Positions 12,683-23,193 of a stretch of 64,000 nt of DNA are shown piece by piece. The notes under the pieces were generated by a model that did not search any database, was not told the DNA's origin, and worked only from the letters and a program-made list of their open reading frames with translations. This stretch comes from Alloascoidea hylecoeti (taxonomy: Eukaryota), in contig BCKZ01000007.1 in NCBI GenBank assembly GCA_001600815.1, forward strand, positions 1-64,000. Direction: 5' to 3'. A program made the translations under genes and the position numbers. Each line of letters starts with the position of its first letter. Position 1 is the first letter of the stretch.

Positions 12683-12784
12683 TGTTGGATCTATTACACT
12701 CTTAGAACAGTTCACTAAAGAGTCGATTGGCTTTTTGGCGCAACTAGGAGAACAGGCACTTTGAACTTCAACATGGTAGCAGCG
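12683..12784 (+). mobile_element. Family A LTR copy 5 (91 bp, 12683-12773) followed by a primer-binding site; 5' end of a truncated retroelement
   Basis: No TSD. The LTR end CAACA is directly followed by TGGTAGCAGCG, the form expected for a complement of the initiator tRNA-Met 3' end. Confidence 0.8.
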
Positions 12785-13211
12785 CAGTGTATACAAGTAT
12801 AAACAGTGAAGGAAGAGCGGTCTTTGATGGTAGTGCTGAACACGCTATATCAAAATACTTGATACTTATAACCAAATGATACCTGTATTTATACAGCCAT
12901 TAATATGATTCCTAAGTTTATATGAATGTTATATGTGTTTTATTTGTTTTAAATTATTTATAATATATAAAGGTCGTTGAAAGCGAATTGTAATGACTGG
13001 TACTGGTGATATAGGTTTTTATATAGCTTTAACTATGAATATTACTTGTAATTGAAGATCGCTGATATTTAATCCAGAAATTGGCATAAATAATCAATAT
13101 TAATATGTTTAGTTTAGTAGATGTTTCAAGGTATTACATATAACATGGCTCGGAGAAATGAGTAAGAACTGAATTTAATACCTTCACTTCCATATATATA
13201 TAAATCATTCA

Positions 13212-13455
13212 TATTTTGAAAAACTCATAGAATCGATGCCTAAGCGACTAAACCTAGTTATAGAAGCAAAAGGTGGTCATATAAACTACTAAATTTGTGT
13301 CTAGCAATACGCACAGAGATAGAGAAGCTGAATTTTATTTATTTCATTTTATTTACTTTAGAACTGATGTTTTAATCAAAATTTTATGTTTATAAATCAT
13401 ACATATTTTAGGTTGCAACATGCATTAGGCATATCCAGATCTAGATGACCCACTG
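13212..13455 (+). mobile_element. 3' end of a Tc1-like DNA transposon (transposase C-terminus and right TIR)
   Basis: 13212-13292 encodes YFEKLIESMPKRLNLVIEAKGGHINY*, the typical Tc1 C-terminal motif. The element ends ...CACTG followed by TA at 13456. Confidence 0.85.
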
Positions 13456-14937
13456 TACATACATAAAATTTTTAAAGGAGAAATTCTCGGGGTGTATTAA
13501 TTACTGAATATAAATTTCGTAGCCTATATTGCATATATTTCTAGTAGCCAACGTGCAGATGGTTTGTAGCTTCATCCTATTCATTATCAGCCGTGTTGAT
13601 CAACAGTAGCATAGTAGTATAGGTAAGAGGGATTGGATGTGCATCATATTATTGTTATGCATATGCATATGACATGCATGCAGATAAATAGGATCAATGT
13701 TTAACCCCTAAACTTCATTAGTTTCTACGTCTCCTAATTGTTGGATACTTCTGAAAGACGAATCATGAAGTTCTTGGCAAAATCTTTCGCTATATCTAAC
13801 TTTGGCAACTTAAATACTGCTTCAATGATGAGCTTCTCCCAGAAGGTTTTCAATGGGATTTTGCTCTGGAACGCCCAGATGCCAATATAGTTGTTGGTTT
13901 TGATCGTCCTCTTGTTTGTTTTTTTTGATATAAGGATTGGATAATTGTCGTCTTGAAGAATAACACCCACAAAAGACTTAAAAAAGATATTGCTCCCTTT
14001 TACACTATTGGGTTTACTAGCTTGAAACATCATGGCTTAGAAGATTTACATTATTTTTGAGGGGTAGAATAAATTACATATATATAGAGTAGATGATTTC
14101 CACTTATAATAAGATAACTGAGAATAGATTAATAATTTCCCTATAACACATTAAATCGCTTACACAACAATGAGCTTAGAAATTTACATTAAACAACTAA
14201 ATGAAACTATGCATGAATTTGTGAAGCTCAAGGAGGAGAAGGAACAAAATACACTACTACTTTTGTATAAACTACTGAATTAATATTTTTCTTAAACTTC
14301 TCTGTAACAGACGAGTATCTATATCGTGTGCTTCTCATCAGACTTTTCCGTAATTCTCTTCTCAGACCATTGTAATCTCTCAAAAATAAATTTGATTTCC
14401 GTCAGTTTAGTAAACCTTAAAGCCAATGGTTCTGAAACGAAGCTACACGTATAGTACAATTTACGAATGAACTGATCCGACCAAATGGACGAGATGTTAC
14501 TATTTCTCTATATTCAGGTGAATTTTTTATACTTCTAATGGTCAAGTATGATTAAGGTCTTTATGAGTTATTCACAAATAACGTTTATAAAGAGGTTTAC
14601 TCTGAATTAAACAAATTTTAACTCAACATCCACTGTATTAATACATTGGTATATAATGTGCAATAGTATTAGGGTTAAGCTATGGTTTGATATTTGGTCT
14701 ATGCTATTATAATTAGCTCTGTAATTGATCTTTGATTTGAAGTTAATCATTTCTTTATGCTTCCAGAAGTTCAAACAGTATGAAATAAAATACTTATAGA
14801 AAAATCTGTTGACAATCGTAGCCTAATAGCCAATAAAACAACTTTTTGTAATTGTAATTAAATACCAGTATAATATGAAGCCTGGGCAGGTCGGGTCAAG
14901 TATTATCGCAGCCAGATCAAAATTAAGGAAGGATTTT

Positions 14938-15111
14938 CGTATTATTTGATATAATGCAACATATTGAATGGGATAGAATAGTAAAGTTGCTATTGCTATA
15001 TTAGCTATCGATTGCTATGACTAGACTATATAAAGAGTAGATATTCCTTTTAATGAAATTTATCGACTATTAACTAATAGCTGGTCAACTACAAAAGTGT
15101 GTGTCGAAAGA
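14938..15111 (+). repeat. Dispersed ~175-bp repeat, family B, copy 1 (old LTR-like)
   Basis: Collinear with the reverse complement of 33411-33594: tattatttgata, atgcaacata, aaagttgctattg, ctaatagctggtcaa, gtgtcgaaaga. Confidence 0.75.
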
Positions 15112-15302
15112 TTATTCCAATTGAAAATTTATACTATTTGTATCTGATTATTTCTGTCATAATTAACATTTAATTACCTAAAAGTTGATTTGTTTTACTT
15201 TAGCTTGTTTTAGGCACATTAGCTTGGTTTTTGTTAGCTTGGTTTATGTTTGCTTTATTTAACCATCTGTCAAGTGCCCATGGTATATTAAGCAAAATTA
15301 AG

Positions 15303-15328
15303 CTTATCGGTTATCTGATATAAGATAT
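15303..15328. promoter_or_regulatory. Cluster of GATA motifs (nitrogen catabolite repression) upstream of DUR3
   Basis: CTTATC, TTATC and two further GATA cores within 26 bp, ~150-175 bp upstream of the ATG. Confidence 0.6.
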
Positions 15329-15477
15329 TTTCACACGGTGAAATTGAATCATTTCTAAAGTATGATCTAGAATGGAATAAGGGTGATGAGGTCAGCTTTA
15401 TAATTAAACATATATATGTTTGAACATCCTCCCCTCATTACAATTATTTCACAGATATTCAATTCTGAAAACTAATA

Positions 15478-17589
15478 ATGACTGAACCGGTTACTGGAGT
15501 TTTGTCACAAGGTGTAGGCTATGGTGTTGTCATTGGTCTAGGGTTTCTATTTGCTTTGGGTATGATTGGTGTTACAGCTGGTCTACGAAGATATCAAAAA
15601 GAAATCATCACTTCTGAAGAATTTGCAACCGCTGGTAGATCTGTTAAGAGTGGTCTTATTGCTACTGCAGTTGTATCCTCATGGACTTGGGCAGCTACTT
15701 TATTAACCTCATCTGGTCAAGCTTATAAACATGGTGTATCTGGTGCTTTTTGGTATGCTTCTGGTGCAACAGTACAGATTATTTTATTTGCAACTCTAGC
15801 AATTGAATTGAAAAGAAAAGCTCCAGGTGCTCATACCTATTTAGAGCTGGTCAAAGTGAGATATGGTTCTCTTTGTCATATAGTGTTTTGCTTCTTTGCT
15901 GTTGCAACAAACTTCATGGTCACTGCAATGTTATTGGCTGGTGGTAGTGCAGTTGTCTCTGATGTGACCGGTATGAACACAATCGCCGCAATTTGGCTCT
16001 TACCTTTGTTTGTTGTTGTCTATACAATCTTTGGTGGTTTAAAAGCTACATTTTTGACTGATTACATTCATACTATCGTTTTGGTTGTTATCATCATGAT
16101 TTTTGCTTTGACAACCTATGCGGCAGGTGATAAACTGGGTTCACCTGGCAAAGTTTATGATCTTTTAGTTCAGGCTGGTAAAGATCACCCAGTAAGTGGA
16201 AATCAAGATGGCTCATATTTAACCATGAACTCAAGATCTGGTGGAATATTTTTTGTTATTAATATTATTGGTAACTTTGGAACAGTCTTCTTAGATAATG
16301 GTTATTGGAATAAAGCTATTGCTGCATGTCCAGCAGCCGCTTTACCAGGTTATTTACTTGGTGGTCTTGCATGGTTTGCAATTCCATTTTTAACCGCTAC
16401 AACTATGGGCTTATCTTGCTTGGCCTTAGAATCTGATCCCTCGTTTCCAACTTATCCTAAAAGACTAAGTCCTGATCAAGTCTCTGCTGGACTTGTATTA
16501 CCAAGTGCTGCCATTGCCTTGTTGGGTAAGAGTGGTGGTGTTTGCACTCTATTACTTGTCTTTATGGCCGTTACTTCAGCTTCCTCAGCCGAGTTTATTT
16601 CTTTTTCATCGGTTTTCACATATGATATTTATAAGGGGTATATAAACCCAAATGCTACTGGTAAAAAATTGATTTGGATCTCCCATATATCCATTTGTGG
16701 TTTCAGTATTGTAATGGCGGCCGCTTCTATTGGATTGTGGAAAGGAGGAGTTAACCTGGGTTATTTGTATTTATTAATGGGGATTATTATCTCTGGTGCT
16801 GTTTTCCCAGCTGCGATGACAATCATGTCTCGCCGTCAAACTAGATTGGCTGCCACAATTTCACCAATTCTTGGTTTCACCCTTGCTATCTTTGGCTGGC
16901 TAGTACGAACAAAAGTTGAGTTTAATGACTTCAGTATTGCCTCAACTGGTTCTGATTATCCGATGCTTATTGGTAATGTAATCGCATTATTATCACCAGT
17001 TTTGTTTTCTCCAATTATTTCATTGTACAAACCTTATAAATTTGATTGGAATGAATTAAAGAAGATATCAAAAGTAGATGAAACTGAAGAATTAGCGGCC
17101 TTTGGTGTAAATACCGATGGTGAAAAAGGAGAACGAAATATTGTCGAGGTTCTCGAAGGCCATGAATTTGTACTAGCTGAGAATACACTAGAAGAACAAA
17201 CACTACTTGATAAATATGCCAAAATTTCAAGAATAATAACTGGATTTATGGCAATTGCACTTTTAGTTTTATGGCCGATGCCAATGTTTGGTTCCGGTTA
17301 TATTTTTTCAAAGTCATTTTTTAAAGGTTGGGTTGTAGTTGGAATTATATGGATTTTCATTTCATCTTTAATTGTTAATATTTTTCCATTGTGGCAAGGC
17401 CGATATGATATTTATAATTGTTGGAGAGGTATGTATTGGGATGTCACCGGGCAAAGTTATAAACTAAAGGCTTGGCAGGAGTCGAATCCGGGCGAGCTTC
17501 ATGTTCAAATGAGTCGCAAATCAGTCATAGAAGAAGTTAATGCTCAAGAAGGTGATAGCTCTAGCCCAATAGAAAGTGTTAAGAAATAA
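15478..17589 (+). CDS. DUR3: Urea/polyamine active transporter (sodium:solute symporter family), 703 aa
   Basis: EEFATAGRSVKSGL, VSSWTWAATLL, GGLKATFLTDY and GNFGTVFLDNGYW motifs. Confidence 0.97.
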   Translation: MTEPVTGVLSQGVGYGVVIGLGFLFALGMIGVTAGLRRYQKEIITSEEFATAGRSVKSGLIATAVVSSWTWAATLLTSSGQAYKHGVSGAFWYASGATVQIILFATLAIELKRKAPGAHTYLELVKVRYGSLCHIVFCFFAVATNFMVTAMLLAGGSAVVSDVTGMNTIAAIWLLPLFVVVYTIFGGLKATFLTDYIHTIVLVVIIMIFALTTYAAGDKLGSPGKVYDLLVQAGKDHPVSGNQDGSYLTMNSRSGGIFFVINIIGNFGTVFLDNGYWNKAIAACPAAALPGYLLGGLAWFAIPFLTATTMGLSCLALESDPSFPTYPKRLSPDQVSAGLVLPSAAIALLGKSGGVCTLLLVFMAVTSASSAEFISFSSVFTYDIYKGYINPNATGKKLIWISHISICGFSIVMAAASIGLWKGGVNLGYLYLLMGIIISGAVFPAAMTIMSRRQTRLAATISPILGFTLAIFGWLVRTKVEFNDFSIASTGSDYPMLIGNVIALLSPVLFSPIISLYKPYKFDWNELKKISKVDETEELAAFGVNTDGEKGERNIVEVLEGHEFVLAENTLEEQTLLDKYAKISRIITGFMAIALLVLWPMPMFGSGYIFSKSFFKGWVVVGIIWIFISSLIVNIFPLWQGRYDIYNCWRGMYWDVTGQSYKLKAWQESNPGELHVQMSRKSVIEEVNAQEGDSSSPIESVKK

Positions 17590-19189
17590 TGTTTCTTTTA
17601 AATTTAATTAACTGTAACTGCAGCTGTTTTAATTGATGCTTTTGTGTTTTTGTTTTTTGCCCCGAGTACGATTTAAATATATCTTTAAACTATAATAATA
17701 TAATATATATAATTAAAATTAAAGTGTGTAATATTACACCTACACGATCAACAGCATAGAACTCGGATGATGCACTGTATAGCCAAAATTGAATTGGAGT
17801 AAAAAATATATACCTTATATTATTATAGATACTATCACAAAATTATACTTGATCCCATGATTCCGATGACCTTTCTTCCCCAATAATAATCTGGGATATT
17901 GAAACTTTTTATTGTTTAAGGGTTTTAGGTATACCAAATCTTGGAAACTTAAGAAATAACTTCTCAAGAAGGGATATTTGAATTCGTTTGTTCAAAATGT
18001 AAAAATCTTAATTTAAACACTTATTCCCCAATTAAAGCTGATTTTAAAGGGCTAACTGCTCTTAATATGTTATGCATGATATTGTTATGCTTTTACCAGT
18101 ATGATTTAAGGAAAATTCATTTTTAATCCATTGAAAATTTAATATTGAATATTTTTTCCTGTGTAAAATCACCGCCAATTAAAGTAGGGCTTGAATTAAT
18201 TAACATATTCTGAACAAGTAAACTCAAATCTTTTAAATAATTATAGAGGATGACTTAAATTCCAAACAAGAGGGTCCATCCACCAGCGGAATCCTGCAAA
18301 CATCTGTCCAAAATAGGAATAATACACTTATGTTTCCTGTTGAGATGAATACTTCGTTTAAACGGTTATGGTCTATGCAGTCGTGGGTTTCAGTAATATT
18401 GCTTTTTCCAATAACAAATAGGAAGAAAAGAAAGGGGTTAAAAATTCCTAAACACAATCGAACCTGATGAATCTAAGTATTAGTAGCTAGGTGAACAATA
18501 CTTGTGAGTAGGCACAATGAACTCGTTCCCGGAGCTAGTAGGTTTCCGGTTACGAATGTACACAATTTGTATATGTGTCACCTAACATTGTTAGAAATAT
18601 TCTAAAACTTAGCACATTAATTTTTGTTTCATAAAATGAAATTTTTCATTATTTGACAAGTTGAAAGAAGTCATACTGAGAGTATAATGCCTCTATGATC
18701 AAAAATAGTATAGAAGTGTTTGTAAAGTGGTTTTTGTAGTCTGGTGTTAGATTTGAGAAGTTCTCAGATTCAGGACGACCACCCCAAAATACGAAGAATT
18801 TCACAAATCACTGAAATTCAAAGGTTCCAGATTTAAAACAATCATTTTATATCAGAATCTATAATGAATGAGAGAAATCATTTGAAATGGCTCATCCATT
18901 CAGCTATTGCATTTAACACACTAATATATCGAATATGAAAAAATTCCCAACAAATTTGGTAAATTGACTCTTTACAATAATTTCCACGGTAAAATATCAA
19001 AACAAACATGGGATTTTATATACTTTTAAGGAGCAAGGGTATATTTGGCGACTTTAATTGATATTTTCAACCACCATTTTCTTAACCAAAAACTAATATA
19101 GATTAAGTTTAGTACTATTACTAAAATCTATTTAATCTCGTAATTCTGATAATGATTTTTCAATATACAATTTTTGTGTTTTCTGTTGT

Positions 19190-22032
19190 GGAGTGGGATT
19201 TTTTGTTCTTATAATCTTATTAGAGAATGGAATATATATTGTAAATCCAAGGTTGGGTCGGTTATGAAACCTGAATAACAACCAAGATTACCTCTTTCAG
19301 AAAATTTTGTACCCTTTTAAGCATTATTCTTTTTTATAATTGCTAATGCACCTATTGGATATTTTGGAATTTAGCCAAATTTACCTGTGAAAGTATATGC
19401 TGCAGTTGCATGACCTTAAGTAGTTTTGGATATTGTAGTAATATTTATTAAATATATGACTTCAGGAACTATTATTTTCCAAAGATGGGGATATATATGA
19501 GAAGAATTCATGATACTTCTGATCCTTTGCTGAATAACCCTATTAGATCTCTCAGTTGCACCATTCACTGCCGAGCCTTCAGGAGGTGTATATATCGCAT
19601 CTATAGATCTCTTGAACAACATATTTTGTACTAGGTGGTTCCTGAATTCGGTACCATTATCAGATAAAATAGTCTTAATTTTGGTGTCACTTTCAGCTTC
19701 CAGTCGTATCATAATATTCTCTAAACCCTTAACTATTTCATTTGCCTCTTTTGAATTTACAAGAATGGCACTTCTGTACTTCCTAAATAAATCACATGCA
19801 ACTAGTAGGTAGGGTCCATCAATTGGACCCATTAAATCTATACCAATTATTTGATTTCTTCTGAAAGCGGATTTGGTTGTATGAGGATATAGTGCGTTTA
19901 TTTTATGAGCATTAGCAACATGACAATCTACACATGTATCTTCTTGTCTACTATAAGATTTCACATCATCCAAATCTGATTTTTCAAAATGAAGTAATTG
20001 ATTTTTGGATAATTTAATAAGCGTAGATTTTCCGACATGACCAAGTCTTTGGTATATAATGAGGAATTTGTGCATAGCAGATATTTTTATTGAACTGTAC
20101 AAATGTTGATTCAATTTATTTTCTCTTGTTGTTTCTATAATAAAGTGCATATGTAATAAGTTGTCAATGTAGGATAATTTTGGAAATAAACGTACGTTTT
20201 TGTTTGGAGTAAAACGGAGTCTTTCCTCCAAAATCAATCTTAATTGTTTTTGAACATCGTGACAATTCATCTTCTGAAATTATTAAAGGAGTTGTCATAT
20301 TTTCTATCAGAAGAACATTTTTTAGAATAATTTCTAGGATTTTGTTTTTGAAATACGTTGTTGGAAATAGGAGTCGTATATTATCAACTTCAGTTGCAGT
20401 GAATGGCTTATTATTGTTCCCAGTAAGATCTGTTACACTTTGAGATTGTTCTAGAAATTGTACATCATGGAGGAAATTTCTTTGAAAAGTCAAAGAAATT
20501 GGAGCACCAGAGTCTATTAGTACCTTCAAAGAAATATGACGTTTCTGATTATATATGAATAGAATCCTTGAGCCGTGAATTGATGTGGCTATTTGTTTAT
20601 AGCTTGTCTTTTGTGTAAGAAATACTTATATTTATTTTTATATGATATTTTTATTTTTTATAGGTATATTTTTTTTATAATTTTTATAATGGTTTAGGTA
20701 GTTCAATATTTCTTCATTTTTTATATTTTTAAAGTAGTTAATTTTTTTTCTTATTTTTATCATTTTTAAAAGGTTCAATCTTGTTTCATTTTGTAAGTTG
20801 TTTGAGAAATTAATGGGAGTAGAGATGTCTCCCATTATTTCGTTTCCAGTTTCAATAGAAAGCAGAAATAGTCTTGTTGATTGCTTCTGTAAGACCAGCT
20901 TCACTGTCATCTGAAACTGATTCTTCATACAAGTTACTATTATTCTTATTTTCTTCATCTTCATTCACATTGTTACCCTCATCTTCAGTACCAATATCAT
21001 CACTCCAATCATTAGCATCCTCATTATTGATTACATGAATATTCTTGTTATAAGGATGATTTTTATGAGAGTTCTTTGAATAGTATGGTTTTTTTTAAAT
21101 TTGTCTTTTTTATTAAAAGCTGATAATTCTATGGGATTATCCATGTTTTTGATTTATGTTTGGAAAAGGATAATATGCTCCAGTTCTTTGAAGAGCTTAT
21201 TGTATTATTTATTCAAATTAGGGTTGGATACATATTTGGTATAACCTTTTACCAGTGGAACCGAATTTGCAATCCAATCCACAACATAGCTTTCTTTATC
21301 TCGAAATGTTAATTTCTCACCTCCAATAACATATTGTAAGTTAGCAAAAAGACCATTAGCTATATCTTTGAAAAATTGAAGTAATTGGTCTGACACACAC
21401 ACAATCACTGCGTTATAAGTATTCTGTACAATTGCAAATATTTCACAAAAAGAACTTCTAGCTTTTTCATCATTTCCTATCCGTTGAATATTTGAAGTTG
21501 TTGAAGCACTTATTTTGCTCAACAGTTGTGAAGCTAAACGGTTTTCCAACTCATTTTTAGGAGTATTCATTAGGATATTTATGTTGAAATTTCCGGCTTG
21601 GATGAGATTTCTTATATCGAACACCCAGTTAATAAAACCGTCAGCACCGTTGGATGTCCCCAGTCTTTGCAATGGGTAGAAAAGTAAATCAATACTTTTG
21701 GGGATACAAAATCAATCTTTTTCGTTTGGGATAAATGAAGAAATGATGTGTCTTTGTTCACTTGTCAGTGGAACTTGTTGGGTTGGAAAGTTGTCCTCAA
21801 CATCTTGCTGAATTGGACGTCCGCTACCATAAGATAATTTAGATTTAATTGGGTTTAAACCATCCTTATCAACTAAAAGATCTCTATCAACATTTCTTGA
21901 GGTTTCAAACATCTCCATAAGCTTATCGAACTTATTAGATAGGTCATTGAACTTATCTTAAATTCCCGAGAGGTGAGCTCATCTCCTCTGTCGATGCGTG
22001 TGTGCCGATGGTTCCAGGACTGCTCCACTCAT
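19190..22032 (-). mobile_element. Degenerate Ty1/copia retrotransposon body: gag, protease and integrase; RT/RNaseH and LTRs not seen
   Basis: Frameshifted ORFs in the order gag-like (22032-21205), protease LIDSGA (~20520), QRLGH...CxxC zinc finger, integrase DLMGP / SDNGTEF / NGATERSN (19416-20160), then an SH3-like remnant. Integrase directly after protease is the copia order. Confidence 0.9.
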
Positions 22033-22109
22033 TATATTTAAAAAAAAAAAGGAGGATGATGATTTTTCACCTGCTTAGGTACCTGATAATGAAGATAGGA
22101 CATTAAAGA

Positions 22110-22618
22110 GTTGGGTATTTACATGTTCCGGTTCTGGTTATATAAATGGAGATTTGATGTTAAGATGGTTACACGAATTATTTTTACTCCATATTGCATT
22201 CGAAGGACACATTATTTTATTAGACGGGCATTCCAGTCATATCTCATTTAGAATAGTTATGGAATATATTAAATATGATATTCGACTCTTTATATTGCCT
22301 GCGTACACCAGCCAATCGACGCCGGTATTAGACGTCTCTTGTTTTGGTCCTCTTAAAAAGAGGTTGAAAAACATCTCTGACGAAATCCTAGTAGATAAAC
22401 CCCACAATCATAGAGCAAAAAGAGGAGAAGTCATTGAAATATATAAGAAGGCCAGATCTGATGCAATAAAAGCTAGAAATATTCGTTCTGGTTATAAGGC
22501 AACCGGAATACATCCATTTGAGCCAGAGAAGATTTTATCGAAACTTGGAAAAGTTTGGGTGGCAGAACACGAAACGAAAAAATCCGAGAGAAATTTGATT
22601 TTATATATGAAGATTTAG
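22110..22618 (+). mobile_element. pogo/Fot1-type (DDE_1) transposase fragment
   Basis: SGYIN...WL, ILLDGHSSH and LPAYTSQ..PVLDVSCFGPLK motifs; N-terminal HTH domain missing. Confidence 0.88.
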
Positions 22619-23193
22619 AGGGAGAATTAATAATCAATAACTCAACCAAAAATGATGAACCGTCTGAAACCTGTCTACTGTCAAGACTTGAAGACTAAAA
22701 ACTCGATTATCTCTTTTCCTCCTTCCATAAAAATATATAATTTATGTAATCCGTAAGTTTGGTAGATTTCTTCCGTGTTAGTGTTTCCCACTGGAAGTCT
22801 CAAAGGAAGCCATTCTAGTTATACAAATGTTAACATGTATATTACCATCATGGCTACAATAATTAGAATCATTCATGAGAGCCCACCGATAAATATTAAA
22901 ATGATGACGGGAATATTGCAACTAATATATTTAATTACATGATATCGGTTTCTCGATTCACAATGAAGAAAATGGAATAGAGTAATTGAAAGGTCGTTCT
23001 ATCTTAATTTAAAAGTCACTTGATATATTTCAATTCGATTACAAATTCAGAAGAATTAACGGTGAATAGTGGTCATAATTAGAAAAGTTATAAAGTGGCT
23101 ACAAATACAAGATATATGTTATACTGTGAAGTTGTGAATGTCTATATAAATAACCAACTTTAATCCAATATCTCAGTCATTGTAATTGAATGA

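Noticed and set aside
3643..12773. Family A repeats as a CRISPR-like array or tRNA-derived SINE
   Set aside because: Dispersed in both orientations with TG...CA ends and 5-bp TSDs; no regular spacers, A/B boxes or polyA tail.
13734..14033. 99-aa orphan ORF
   Set aside because: Coding-like but with no recognisable motif; cannot be supported as a gene without homology or expression data.
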